Shown: piece after piece, positions 8,950 to 18,682 of the stretch
How positions within the stretch are numbered: position 1 is the stretch's first letter
Layout of the letters: each line of letters starts with the position of its first letter
Assembly: GCA_963742735.1 (NCBI GenBank)
Contig: CAVUMN010000004.1
Coordinates: forward strand, 832,001-896,000
DNA from: an uncultured Actinomycetes bacterium
GTDB lineage: Bacteria > Actinomycetota > UBA4738 > JBBDTT01
Direction: 5' to 3'
Length of the DNA: 64,000 nt
Position numbers and translations under genes: made by a program
The notes under the pieces: model-generated
Databases searched by the model: none
Told to the model about the DNA's origin: nothing
Seen by the model: only the letters and a program-made list of their open reading frames with translations

Positions 8950-10542
8950 GTGACCAGGGCGGAGCGCCAGGCCGAGTACCGCAAGCGCGGGTACTGGCGC
9001 CCGGAGACGCTCGCCGGCCGCCGAGCGACCATCACCGCCCGAGGCCCCGGGGGCGTGGCCATCCTCGAGGGCGGACGCTCGCTCACGTTCGGGGAGGTTC
9101 ACGAGCTCGTCGAGCGCCTGGCCGGACACCTCGCGGCGTGGGACGTCGGCCCCGGCGACGTCGTGTCCTGGCAGCTGCCGAACTGGTGGGAGGCGGTGAT
9201 CGTCCATCACGCCGCGCTTCGGCTCGGGGCCGTCCCCAACCCGCTGAACGCGATCTTCAAGGCCCGCGAGCTCCAGTTCGTCCTGCCCCAGGCGCGGCCG
9301 AAGGTGCTGATCGCCGCGAGCCGGATGCGCCGGTTCGACTCGGGGCCCCTCGCGGTGAAGCTCGCATCCACGGTCGGCACGATCGAGAACGTGGTCACCG
9401 TTCGCGGCGCCGTGCAGGGTGCCGCCGAGCTCGAGGACCTGCTGAGCGAGCCGTCCCCGCCGCCGCCCCCGCCGCCGAAGGACCCCGCCGCCGACGCGCT
9501 GCTCCTCTACACCAGCGGGTCGACGGGCGATCCCAAGGGCGTCCGCCATTCGCACGAGACGCTCCTGTACGAGATGGAGTCGCTCGTCCCCGTCCACGCC
9601 CTGAGCCCGGAGGACCGCTACCTGGGCGGCGCCCCGGTCTCGCACATCGCGGGGCTCGTCTACGGCGTGCTGATGCCCTTCGCGCTCGGGACGAGCACCA
9701 CGTTCATCGAGCGGTGGGAGCCGGCGCGGGCGCTGGAAGCCATCGAACGCGACCGGGCAACGTTCCAGACGGGCACGCCGACGTTCCTGCAGACGCTGGC
9801 CGAGGACTCGGCCGCCTCGAGGCGAGGGCTGTCGTCCTTCCGGCTGTTCTCCACCGGCGGGGCCACGATCCCCGTCGAGGCGATCATCGAGGCCGGCCGC
9901 CGGCTCGGTTGTGTGGTGAAGCGCGCCTACGGCTCGACGGAGGTGCCGACCCTGACCGGCTCCGCGCTCGACGAGCCCGAGGACGTTCGGCTGCGCACCG
10001 ACGGCCGCGCCATCCGGCCCGCCGAGATCCGCATCGCGCGCCGCGACGGGACCGAGGCCGACCGCGAGGAGGAGGGCCAGATCCTGGCCCGCTCGCCGGA
10101 GGTGTTCCGCGGCTACGTCGATCCCCAGCTGGACGGGAGCGTCTTCAACGCGGAGGGGTGGTACCGGACGGGAGATCTGGGACTGCTCGACGAGCGGAAG
10201 TGCCTTCGTGTCACCGGTCGGCTCCAGGACGTGATCATCCGAGGGGGCGAGAACATCAGCGCCCGCGAGATCGAGGAGCTCCTGCTGGCCCACTCCGCGG
10301 TCTCGGAGGTCGCCGTCGTGGGTGTGCCCGACGACCGGCTGGGCGAGACGGCGTGCGCCGTCGTGGTGCTGCGGAAGGGCTTCGTGCTCACCTTCGAGGA
10401 GATGAGCGCGTACCTGCGCGCCCGGCAGATCGCCACCCAGAAGATCCCCGAGCGGCTCGAGGTCCGGACGCGGCGGCTGCCCCGCACCGCCAGCGGCAAG
10501 GTCCAGAAGGCGGCGCTGCGCGAGGCGCTCACGGCGGGCTAG
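8950..10542 (+). CDS. AMP-dependent acyl-CoA synthetase (cyclohexanecarboxylate-CoA ligase/FadK-like)
   Basis: YTSGSTGDPKG, YGSTE, GWYRTGDLG, RGGENIS, SGKVQK. TACGCT lies 7 nt upstream of the GTG. Confidence 0.92.
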   Translation: MTRAERQAEYRKRGYWRPETLAGRRATITARGPGGVAILEGGRSLTFGEVHELVERLAGHLAAWDVGPGDVVSWQLPNWWEAVIVHHAALRLGAVPNPLNAIFKARELQFVLPQARPKVLIAASRMRRFDSGPLAVKLASTVGTIENVVTVRGAVQGAAELEDLLSEPSPPPPPPPKDPAADALLLYTSGSTGDPKGVRHSHETLLYEMESLVPVHALSPEDRYLGGAPVSHIAGLVYGVLMPFALGTSTTFIERWEPARALEAIERDRATFQTGTPTFLQTLAEDSAASRRGLSSFRLFSTGGATIPVEAIIEAGRRLGCVVKRAYGSTEVPTLTGSALDEPEDVRLRTDGRAIRPAEIRIARRDGTEADREEEGQILARSPEVFRGYVDPQLDGSVFNAEGWYRTGDLGLLDERKCLRVTGRLQDVIIRGGENISAREIEELLLAHSAVSEVAVVGVPDDRLGETACAVVVLRKGFVLTFEEMSAYLRARQIATQKIPERLEVRTRRLPRTASGKVQKAALREALTAG

Positions 10543-11729
10543 ACGACGCCGTCGGCCCGGAGGGCGTCCAGATCCTCCGGTGTCACCCCCAGCAGCTCCG
10601 TGAGGATCTCCTCGGTGTGCGCGCCGAGCTCCGGGGCTCCGGTCGGGACGCGCAGCGGCGTCCGGTCCAGCCGCGGCGTGGGGGCCTGCTGGCGGACCGT
10701 ACCGAGCACGGGGTCCTCGATGGAGACGATCGCGTTCCGGGCCAGGACGTGGAGGTCCGCCGCGATCTCGTCGGCGGCGTAGACGCGACTGACCGGGACC
10801 TGGTGCTCGACGAGCGTCCGCTCGATCTCGTCGATCGTCCGGGTGCGGCACCACGCCGCGACCTCCTCGTTGATGGCGTCGGCGTTACGGGCTCGCGCCT
10901 CGAGCGAGGAGAAACGTTCATCGTTGAACAGTTCCGGGCGTCCCATCGCGCCGCACAGGCGGGGGAACAGGACGTCCCCGGCCGCGGCGATGCACACGTA
11001 GCGGCCGTCGGAGGTCTCGTAGTTGTCGAGCGGGGCCGAGTTGGGCAGACGGTTGCCGGCCCGCTCGCGGACCAGGCCCAGGCGGTCGTGCGCGGCGATC
11101 GTCCACTCCATGACCCGCAGGACGCTCTCGTAGAGGGCGGCCTCGACGCACTGACCCTCGCCGCTGCGCTCACGCTCCACGAGCGCCGCCAGGATCCCCA
11201 CGGTGTTGAACAGCCCGGTCAGGTAGTCGGCGATGACGACGCCCGGACGGACCGGTGGCCGATCGGGGTGGCCGGTGATGTGCAGGAGCCCGCCCAGGGC
11301 GATCCCGTTGCGGTCCAGCCCGGGGCGGTCGGCGTACGGCCCGTCCTGGCCGTAGACGGTGACCCTCGAGACGATCAGGCGGGGGTTGATCGCGCGCAGG
11401 TCCTCAGGCGCCAGGTTCCACCGCTCGAGCGTCCCCGGCTGGAAGTTCTCGACCAGGACGTCGGCGTGGGGGACCAGCCGGCGGAGCAGGTCCTGGCCGG
11501 CCGGCTTCGAGAGGTCGATCGTCACCGAGCGCCGGCCGCGGCCCTCCACGGCCCAGAACAGCGACACGTCGCCGTCGAAGGGCGGGATCGTTCGAAGGAA
11601 GTCGCCCGTGCCCGGCCGCTCGACCTTGATCACATCCGCCCCGAGCTCTCCCAGGAGCGTGGCCGCGAACGGGGCGCCGATGCGCGTCCCCAGGTCCAGG
11701 ACCCGGATCCCGTCGAGGGCGCCGGTCAC
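10539..11729 (-). CDS. Family III CoA-transferase (CaiB/BaiF)
   Basis: ALDGIRVLDL, LGADVIKVERP, ADVLVENFQPG, IADYLTG, APELGAHT. GTGA overlap start. Confidence 0.93.
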   Translation of the reverse strand: MTGALDGIRVLDLGTRIGAPFAATLLGELGADVIKVERPGTGDFLRTIPPFDGDVSLFWAVEGRGRRSVTIDLSKPAGQDLLRRLVPHADVLVENFQPGTLERWNLAPEDLRAINPRLIVSRVTVYGQDGPYADRPGLDRNGIALGGLLHITGHPDRPPVRPGVVIADYLTGLFNTVGILAALVERERSGEGQCVEAALYESVLRVMEWTIAAHDRLGLVRERAGNRLPNSAPLDNYETSDGRYVCIAAAGDVLFPRLCGAMGRPELFNDERFSSLEARARNADAINEEVAAWCRTRTIDEIERTLVEHQVPVSRVYAADEIAADLHVLARNAIVSIEDPVLGTVRQQAPTPRLDRTPLRVPTGAPELGAHTEEILTELLGVTPEDLDALRADGVV

Positions 11730-12571
11730 TTCGGCTTCGGTTGGAACGAGGCGTCGCGGTCCTCGAAGACCTCCTTCATGGAGCCCTTCTGCTTGCGCGC
11801 CTCCAGGGCGTCGAGCGAGGCCTTCGTGTTGTGCTGGAACTGGTGGACCATGAAGTGGTACTCGAGCGCATGGCGCCAGCCGGTCAGGTCCTGGGCCTGG
11901 TTGATCGAGCGCTTCACGTTCTGGACGGTGACCGGAGGCATCTGGGCGATGCGCTCGGCCAGGGCGAGCGTCTCCTTCTGGAGGGCCTCCGCCGGGACCA
12001 CTCGGTTCACCAGCCCGAGCCGCCAGGCCTCGCGCGCGTCGATGGCGTCGCCGGTCCACAGGAACTCCTTGGCCTTGCGGTAGCCGAGCTCTCCGGGCTC
12101 GATCAGGACCTCGACCGCGGCGCCGGTCATGCGCAGGACGGGGTTCTGGAAGGTGGCGTCCTCGGCGGCGACGATCAGATCGCACATGGCGGCGAGCATC
12201 AGCCCGGCCGCGACGCAGTGGCCCTGGACCATGGCGATCGTCGGGGTGTCCAGGTCGCGGATGGCCAGGCACTTGTCGAAGTAGAGCTTTCGCTCGTGCT
12301 CGAACTTGCCCTCGGGGGTCTTGCGCTTCTCGTGCCACTCGTCGGCCGCCGCCTCGCCGACGTAGGCCTTGAGGTCGTGCCCGGCCGAGAAGTCCTTCCC
12401 GGCGCCGGCCAGGACGATCACGTTGACCTCGGGGTCGCCGTCCGCCTCCCGCATCGTCGCGTCGAGCTCCAGGATCAGCTGCGTGTTCTGGGCGTTGCGA
12501 ACCTCGGGCCGGTCCATCGTGACGAGGGCGACGTTGCCGAGCTGCTCGACGTGCACCGCGCGATCGGCCAT
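11726..12571 (-). CDS. Crotonase/enoyl-CoA hydratase family protein (EchA13-like)
   Basis: RPEVRNAQ, FSAGHDL, CDLIVA, GLVNRVV. TAGGAT lies 7 nt before ATG 12571. Confidence 0.9.
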   Translation of the reverse strand: MADRAVHVEQLGNVALVTMDRPEVRNAQNTQLILELDATMREADGDPEVNVIVLAGAGKDFSAGHDLKAYVGEAAADEWHEKRKTPEGKFEHERKLYFDKCLAIRDLDTPTIAMVQGHCVAAGLMLAAMCDLIVAAEDATFQNPVLRMTGAAVEVLIEPGELGYRKAKEFLWTGDAIDAREAWRLGLVNRVVPAEALQKETLALAERIAQMPPVTVQNVKRSINQAQDLTGWRHALEYHFMVHQFQHNTKASLDALEARKQKGSMKEVFEDRDASFQPKPK

Positions 12572-12614
12572 CGCGGCCATCCTATCGGCGGGGGCGCGGG
12601 CCGAGCGTGGGGGA

Positions 12615-13028
12615 TCAGCTGTCTCGCACGTACCTCACCAGGCGTTCGTCCAGGTCGTAGCCGGCGGCCTCCCAGAACGCCCGGGCGCGATCGTCCTTGA
12701 CGTAGACGAGCGCCTGGATCCGGCGTGCGCCTCGGGTGCGCAGGGCGTCCTCCGCGGCGTTCACGAGCTCGAGTCCCAGCCCGGCCCGCCGGTGGTCCGG
12801 CAGGACGGCCAGCCGGTAGATCGATCCGCGCCAGCCGTCCCAGGCGGCGACGATTGCGCCGACGATGTCGCTGCCGTCCGTGGCGACCAGGAGCGACTCC
12901 TGGTCGCGGTCCAGGAGCGCGGTGACGGCCTCGGGGGAGTCGGGAACGCCCGGCTCGGCGGCGGCATCCCGCCACAGGCCGAGGACCGCCTCGACGTCGG
13001 CCCGCGACGCGGCCCGGATCTCCGTCAC
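12615..13028 (-). CDS. GNAT family N-acetyltransferase
   Basis: WDGWRGSIYRLAVLPDHRRAGLG, AFWEAAGY. GTGA overlap start. Confidence 0.88.
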   Translation of the reverse strand: MTEIRAASRADVEAVLGLWRDAAAEPGVPDSPEAVTALLDRDQESLLVATDGSDIVGAIVAAWDGWRGSIYRLAVLPDHRRAGLGLELVNAAEDALRTRGARRIQALVYVKDDRARAFWEAAGYDLDERLVRYVRDS

Positions 13029-13489
13029 GATCCCTCGCGCGCCTCGACCAGGCGCTTGAGGCCGGGCATCTCCTCGTCGTTCAGATGCTGTTCGAGCCAC
13101 GGCCCGAACGCGCGCTCGATGCGCTTGGAGCCCGGGCCCTTGAGCCGGAAGTCCTCGGTGTGGCTGACCCGGATGCCCCCCTCGACGGGCTCGAACTCGA
13201 AGGACCCCACGAAGGCCTCCTGCATCAGGTTCGCCGGGAAGTCGAAGCTCACCGCCTCGATGTCGATGCGCTCGGGGAGCTTCAGGGTGATCTTGAGGAC
13301 GTTGCTTCCCCGCAGGAGCGGCCACTTCATGTAGCCGGTGGTGCGGACCAGGATCGTGTCCCCGGTCCGCTCGAGCACCTCCTGCTTGAGGATCTTCGTG
13401 TCGGCCTGCGGGTAGCCGTTCGGGTCCAGGATGAACTCGACGATCGCGTCGAGGGACGCGTTCACGACGACGGTTCCGGTGGCCTTCAT
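13025..13489 (-). CDS. SRPBCC/START-like lipid-binding protein
   Basis: 154 aa, MKATGTVVVNASLDAIVEFILD..GSFEFEPVEGGIRVSHTE..LKRLVEA. ATGA overlap start. Confidence 0.7.
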   Translation of the reverse strand: MKATGTVVVNASLDAIVEFILDPNGYPQADTKILKQEVLERTGDTILVRTTGYMKWPLLRGSNVLKITLKLPERIDIEAVSFDFPANLMQEAFVGSFEFEPVEGGIRVSHTEDFRLKGPGSKRIERAFGPWLEQHLNDEEMPGLKRLVEAREGS

Positions 13490-14655
13490 TTCGGCTCCCT
13501 CGGCAGGCCCAGGATCCGCTCGCCGATGATGCCCTTCTGGATCTCGCTGGTCCCGCCGGCGATCGAGGCGGCACGTGACCACAGCATCCCCCGCTGCCAC
13601 CGGCCCCCGTCGACCGCGCGCGGGTCCTCGGAGGTCCGCAGCGCGTCGGCGCCGATCAGCGCCCCGGCGGTTTCGTTGAGGTGCTGGCTCATCTCGGTCC
13701 AGAACAGCTTCACCAGGCTCGACTCGGGCCCGATCGGCTCGCCGCGGGCCAGCCGGGTCAGCGTTCGCGCGTTGTGGAGGCGGAAGATCTCCACGTCCAT
13801 CCACGTCTGCGCGAGCCGCTGGCGGGCGAGGGGGTCGGCGTCCAGGCCGTCGGCGAGCGCGCGCCGCCACAGCAGGTCCCGCGCCACCTCGTGCAGGACC
13901 TGTTCCTTCCACACGAAGCTCGTTCCCCGCTCGTTGGCGAGGGTCGTGCCGGCGACCTGCCACCCCGCGTTCTCCTCGCCGATGAGGTTCTCCACGGGCA
14001 CCTCGACGTCGTCGAAGAACACCTCGTTGAACTCCGACTCGCCGGTCAGCTGGCGGAGCGGGCGGATGTCGACGCCCTTCGACTGGATGGGGATGGCCAG
14101 CATCGAGATCCCTCGGTGCTTCGGCACCGACGGGTCGGTGCGCACCAGCGCGATGCCGTAGTCGGAGAACTTCGCGTAGCTCGTCCACACCTTCTGGCCG
14201 GAGACGACGTACGCGTCGCCGCGGCGCTCGGCCTTCGTGGACAACCCCGCCAGGTCGCTGCCGGCGCCGGGCTCGCTGAACAGCTGGCACCAGATGTCCT
14301 CGGCCGACAGGATCCGCGAGAGCCAGCGGTCGCGCTGGTCGTCGGTGCCGTGGGCGATCAGGGTCGGGCCGACCAGGTTCACCCCGGCGCGGCCCAGGAT
14401 CTGGGGGGCGCGGGCCCGGGCCAGCTCCTCGTTGTAGATGGCCACCTGGAGCAGCGACGCGCCCCGACCCCCGTACCGCTCGGGCCAGTGGATCCCCACC
14501 CACCTCCCCGAGGCGAGGGTCCGCTGCCAGTCGCGGAGGGTCTCGACCTCCTCGAACGTGGCGGCGACGTCGACCTCGGGCGGGCGGTGCTCGGCGAGCC
14601 AGGCGCGGAACTCCTCGCGGAACGCCTCCTCGGCGGGGGAGAGATCGAAGTCCAC
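13486..14655 (-). CDS. Acyl-CoA dehydrogenase (FadE, alpha-type)
   Basis: WCQLFSEPGAGSDLA, GQKVWTS, FNEVFFDDV, LANERG, IAGGTSEIQ. TACCAT lies 6 nt before the GTG. Confidence 0.95.
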   Translation of the reverse strand: MDFDLSPAEEAFREEFRAWLAEHRPPEVDVAATFEEVETLRDWQRTLASGRWVGIHWPERYGGRGASLLQVAIYNEELARARAPQILGRAGVNLVGPTLIAHGTDDQRDRWLSRILSAEDIWCQLFSEPGAGSDLAGLSTKAERRGDAYVVSGQKVWTSYAKFSDYGIALVRTDPSVPKHRGISMLAIPIQSKGVDIRPLRQLTGESEFNEVFFDDVEVPVENLIGEENAGWQVAGTTLANERGTSFVWKEQVLHEVARDLLWRRALADGLDADPLARQRLAQTWMDVEIFRLHNARTLTRLARGEPIGPESSLVKLFWTEMSQHLNETAGALIGADALRTSEDPRAVDGGRWQRGMLWSRAASIAGGTSEIQKGIIGERILGLPREPK

Positions 14656-14758
14656 GCGGGCATGGTACGCCCCGAGGACGGCCCGACCTGACGGGCTTGT
14701 CACCTCGAGCGGGTGGCGGCGTAGGATACGGACGAGGGACCCCGAGAGGAGGGCGACG

Positions 14759-15901
14759 ATGGCCCGCGAGTACCAGGTCATCTCCACCGACGACCACATC
14801 ATCGAACCGCCGGGCCTGTTCGACGGCCGGCTGCCCAAGGCGTTCGCGGACCGCACCCCCGAGCTCGTCCAGACCGACGAGTCCGCCGCGTGGCACATCC
14901 CCGGCGCGGAGAAGCCCATCGAGATGAGCGGGCTCGGCACCGCCGCCGGCCAGAAGATGGAGGAGTTCAGCCCCAAGTCCAAGACGTTCGACCAGATGCG
15001 CCCGGGCTGCTACGACCCGAAGGAACGCATCGCCGACATGGACATCGACGGGGTCGACCTCCAGACGTGCTTCCCGACGCTTCCGGGCCTGGCCGGCCTC
15101 ACGTTCATCGAGCTCGACGACAAGGAGTACTCGAAGGCCCTGTTCACCGCGTACAACGACTGGCTGGTCGACGTGTGGCAGGGGGCGGACCCCGAGCGGC
15201 TGCTCGGCGCCGCGATCCTTCCGCTGTTCGACCCCGAGGCGTCCGCGGCCGAGCTCCGCCGGGTGGCCGAGCGCGGCATCAAGGTCATCTCGCTCCCCAG
15301 CGCGCCGGGCACGATCCCCGGCGTCGAGCCGTTCGGCGACCCGTCGTGGGAGCCGATCTGGGACGCGATGGAGGAGACGGAGATCCCCGCGGAGATCCAC
15401 ATCGTCTCGGGCAAGAACGACCTGTCGGGGCTGGTGAAGGGCGCCGGCGCCACCGGCGAGGTGTTCGTGGCCCTCGCGCCCTCCTCGAACATGACGGCGA
15501 TCGCGACACTGCTGTTCTCGGGGATCCTGCGCAAGCACCCGAAGCTGAAGTTCATCTCGGCGGAGTCGGGGATCGGGTGGCTGCCGTACTTCATCGAGCG
15601 CGCCGACTACACCCACCGCAAGCACCAGTTCTGGACCGGCACGAAGATCGACGTGAAGCCGTCCGACCTGTTCGCCCAGTCGATCTACGCGAACTTCATC
15701 AGCGACCGGGCGGGCATCGAGCTGCGGCACATGATCGGGGTCGACAACATCATGATCGGCACCGACTACCCGCACACCGACTCGTCGTGGCCGAACACGC
15801 AGCAGACCATCAAGGAGCAGCTGGGCGACATCCCCGACGAGGACCGGCGAAAGATCCTCTCGGAGAACGCCGTGAAGCTCTTCAAGCTCAACGGCGCGTA
15901 G
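14759..15901 (+). CDS. Amidohydrolase_2 family protein
   Basis: ISTDDHIIEPP, AYNDW, ESGIGWLPY, GTDYPH. SD GAGGAGG. Confidence 0.9.
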   Translation: MAREYQVISTDDHIIEPPGLFDGRLPKAFADRTPELVQTDESAAWHIPGAEKPIEMSGLGTAAGQKMEEFSPKSKTFDQMRPGCYDPKERIADMDIDGVDLQTCFPTLPGLAGLTFIELDDKEYSKALFTAYNDWLVDVWQGADPERLLGAAILPLFDPEASAAELRRVAERGIKVISLPSAPGTIPGVEPFGDPSWEPIWDAMEETEIPAEIHIVSGKNDLSGLVKGAGATGEVFVALAPSSNMTAIATLLFSGILRKHPKLKFISAESGIGWLPYFIERADYTHRKHQFWTGTKIDVKPSDLFAQSIYANFISDRAGIELRHMIGVDNIMIGTDYPHTDSSWPNTQQTIKEQLGDIPDEDRRKILSENAVKLFKLNGA

Positions 15902-15908
15902 CCGGCTC

Positions 15909-17294
15909 GTGAACCTCGGCGACCGGCTCCGCCGGGCCGCCCGCGAGCACCCCGAGGCGCCCGCGTTCGTCCACGGCGACGAGCGGCTCACCTACGCCGA
16001 CTGGGACGAGCGCTCCGACGACTTCGCGCGGACCTTCGAACGGTTCGGGTTGACGCCCGGCGACGTTGTGGCCCTCCTGTTGCCCTCCGCCCCGGAGTAC
16101 CCGTTGGCCTATCTGGGCGCGGCGAAGGCCGGGTTGGTCACCTCGGGCATCAACCCTCGGCTCGGGCCGCGAGAGCGGGAGCACATCCTGGCCACGTCGG
16201 GGGCTCGGGCGATCGTCACCGACGACGGCGTCGAACCGCTCGCGGCCGCGGAACCGGTACGCGACGAGCCCTCGGACGATCCGGCCGTCGCCATCGTATG
16301 GACGAGCGGGACGACGGGGCTCCCGAAGGGCGCCGTCTACCGCGAGTCCTCGCTGGAGGCCATCGCCCGTATCGAGGCCGCGATCGACCCGCGGCCCTCG
16401 GGACGGAACCTGGCCGGCGTCCCCCTCGCGCACATGGCGTTCATGACCAAGATCGCCGCCACGATCCACCGGCTGACGTGCACGGTCTTCATGCCCGGCG
16501 CGTGGACGGCGCGGGACGCCCTCGACCTGATCCAGGGCGAGGGGATCACCCACATGGGCGGCATCCCCACCCAGATGCGGCTGATGCTCATGGACTCGGG
16601 CCACAACCCACGGGACCTGTCCTCCGTGCGGGAGTGCATCGTGGGCGGCGCCCCGGTCTCGCCGGAGCTGGTTCGCGAGATCCGGAAGCGACTGAAGGTC
16701 CCGGTGGTCGTTCGCTACTCGTGCACCGAGGTGGGCCTGTGCTGCTCGACGCGCGAGGGCGACCCGGACGAGGTCGTCGCGCGGACGGTCGGCCGTCCGC
16801 TTCCGGAGGTCGAGATCCGCATCGCCGAGGACGGCGAGATCCTGGTTCGGTCGCCCGCCATGTTCGCCGGCTACTGGAACGAGGAGGAGCCGGGGGTCGA
16901 CGCGGAGGGCTTCTTCCACACCGGCGACGTCGGCGAGCTCGGCGGGGACGGCAACCTTCGGCTCCTCGGCCGATCGAAGGACGTTTACATCCGGGGCGGC
17001 TACAACGTGTATCCCGCGGAGGTCGAGGCGATCCTGCTCGAGCACCCGAAGGTCGCCCTGGCCGCGGTCCTCGGCGTGCCCGATGAGGTCCTGGGGGAGC
17101 GCGGCCTGGCCCTCGTCGTCTCGAAGGACCGCGCCCATCCGCCGGGCGAGGAGGAGCTGAAGGCGTTCGTCGGCGAACGGATCGCCGACTACAAGGTCCC
17201 CGACGCGATCGAGGTCCGCGCCGAGCTCCCCCTCACCCCGATGTTCAAGGTCGACAAGGCGGCGCTACGCGACGACCTCAGTCGAGGGCGTTGA
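15909..17294 (+). CDS. AMP-dependent acyl-CoA synthetase
   Basis: WTSGTTGLPKG, YSCTE, FHTGDVG, RGGYNVYP, KVDK. Confidence 0.92.
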   Translation: MNLGDRLRRAAREHPEAPAFVHGDERLTYADWDERSDDFARTFERFGLTPGDVVALLLPSAPEYPLAYLGAAKAGLVTSGINPRLGPREREHILATSGARAIVTDDGVEPLAAAEPVRDEPSDDPAVAIVWTSGTTGLPKGAVYRESSLEAIARIEAAIDPRPSGRNLAGVPLAHMAFMTKIAATIHRLTCTVFMPGAWTARDALDLIQGEGITHMGGIPTQMRLMLMDSGHNPRDLSSVRECIVGGAPVSPELVREIRKRLKVPVVVRYSCTEVGLCCSTREGDPDEVVARTVGRPLPEVEIRIAEDGEILVRSPAMFAGYWNEEEPGVDAEGFFHTGDVGELGGDGNLRLLGRSKDVYIRGGYNVYPAEVEAILLEHPKVALAAVLGVPDEVLGERGLALVVSKDRAHPPGEEELKAFVGERIADYKVPDAIEVRAELPLTPMFKVDKAALRDDLSRGR

Positions 17295-17415
17295 ACAGGT
17301 CCTCGACGGGCTCGTCCTTGTCCTCGTCCTGATCCTCGTCCTCAGGACCGGACAGCAGACGCAGGTCGGTCTCATCCGGCTCGTCTTCCGGGCCCCACGG
17401 TCGAACGGTCTCCAT
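17278..17415 (-). CDS. Small highly acidic hypothetical protein (45 aa)
   Basis: Below the ORF-track size cutoff. METVRPWGPEDEPDETDLRLLSGPEDEDQDEDKDEPVEDLFNALD*, preceded by a strong SD GAGGAGGAGGT. Confidence 0.6.
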   Translation of the reverse strand: METVRPWGPEDEPDETDLRLLSGPEDEDQDEDKDEPVEDLFNALD

Positions 17416-17523
17416 GGCTGGACCTCCTCCTCGTGTCGGGTCACGGGAGATGGTCCCCGTCGAAGGTGAGCGGAAGGGGGTGACTTCGAGGGCCTGCAGG
17501 TGAACGTGCGGGGAAGGTCCGGT

Positions 17524-18681
17524 TCAGGCGGTGCGGGCGATGATCATGCGCTGGATCTCGGAGCTTCCTCCGGCGATCCGCATGACCCGGGCCAGGCGAT
17601 ACAGGCGCTCGACGGTCGTGCCGCGCATGTAGCCGATGCCCCCGAAGATCTGCACCGCCCGGTCCACGACCTGGCCGACCATCTCGGTGCAGAACAGCTT
17701 CGCCATCGAGATCTCGCGGAACACGTCCTCGCCGGCGTCGACCCGCTTCGCGGCGTCGTAGCACATGGCCCGCGCGGCGTAGAGCTCGGTCTCGGAGTCG
17801 GCGATCATCCACTGGATCGCCTGGTTCTCGATGAGGGGCTTCCCGAACGTCACCCGGTCCTTCGCGTACTGCTTGGCCTCCCGCAGCGCGAGGTCGGCCA
17901 TCCCGATCGCGAAGCTGGCCATGGTCAGGCGCTCGTTGCCCAGGAACTCGACCGCGTAGCGGAACGCCTGTCCGGCCTCGCCGATGAGGTTGTCCTTCGG
18001 GACGAACGAGTCCTGGAAGATCACCTCCGCCTGGATGTCGTCGCCGCCCATCGTCTTCTGGATCTCACCGACCTGGTAGGCGTCGGCGTCGACCAGGAAC
18101 ATCGAGTAGCCGCCGCCCTCGGCCCCGTCGACCCGCGCCAGGACCTGCAGGAAGTCGGCGAACGGCGCGTTGGAGATGAAGTGCTTAGTCCCGTTCAGGA
18201 CCCAGCCGTCCTCGGTGCTCTTGGCCGTGGTCTTGATCGCCGCGAGGTCCGAGCCCGCCTCCGGCTCGGACAGGGCGATGCCGGTGGTGACCTCGCCGCG
18301 CATGAGGGGGAGCAGGTACTTCTCGCGCTGATGCTCGGTGGCCAGGGAGTACAGCATCATGTTCGGGCCGAAGGGCAGGTCGCCGAGCATGAGCATCCCC
18401 AGGTGGTTGCCGGCGCTGCGGGAGACCTCTTCGCGGACCAGGCACATCTCGTACTCGCCCAGGCCGGCGCCGCCGACGTCCTCGGGCATGGACATCGCGT
18501 AGTAGCCGGCCTCGACGCTCTTGCGCTGGACCTGCTTGCAGAGCTCGTAGAACTCCGGGCCGACCTCCTCCGCGTGGGTGACCTCGGGGTGGGCCTGTTC
18601 GAGGGCCACCACCTCGCGGTCGATGAACGAGCGGATCCCGGCGATCAGCTCCTTGATCTCGGGTCGGATGTCGTGATGCAT
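17524..18681 (-). CDS. Acyl-CoA dehydrogenase
   Basis: ALSEPEAGSD, NGTKHFISN, GNERL, RVTFGKPL, QIFGGIGY, IAGGSSEIQ. Confidence 0.95.
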   Translation of the reverse strand: MHHDIRPEIKELIAGIRSFIDREVVALEQAHPEVTHAEEVGPEFYELCKQVQRKSVEAGYYAMSMPEDVGGAGLGEYEMCLVREEVSRSAGNHLGMLMLGDLPFGPNMMLYSLATEHQREKYLLPLMRGEVTTGIALSEPEAGSDLAAIKTTAKSTEDGWVLNGTKHFISNAPFADFLQVLARVDGAEGGGYSMFLVDADAYQVGEIQKTMGGDDIQAEVIFQDSFVPKDNLIGEAGQAFRYAVEFLGNERLTMASFAIGMADLALREAKQYAKDRVTFGKPLIENQAIQWMIADSETELYAARAMCYDAAKRVDAGEDVFREISMAKLFCTEMVGQVVDRAVQIFGGIGYMRGTTVERLYRLARVMRIAGGSSEIQRMIIARTA

Positions 18682-18682
18682 G

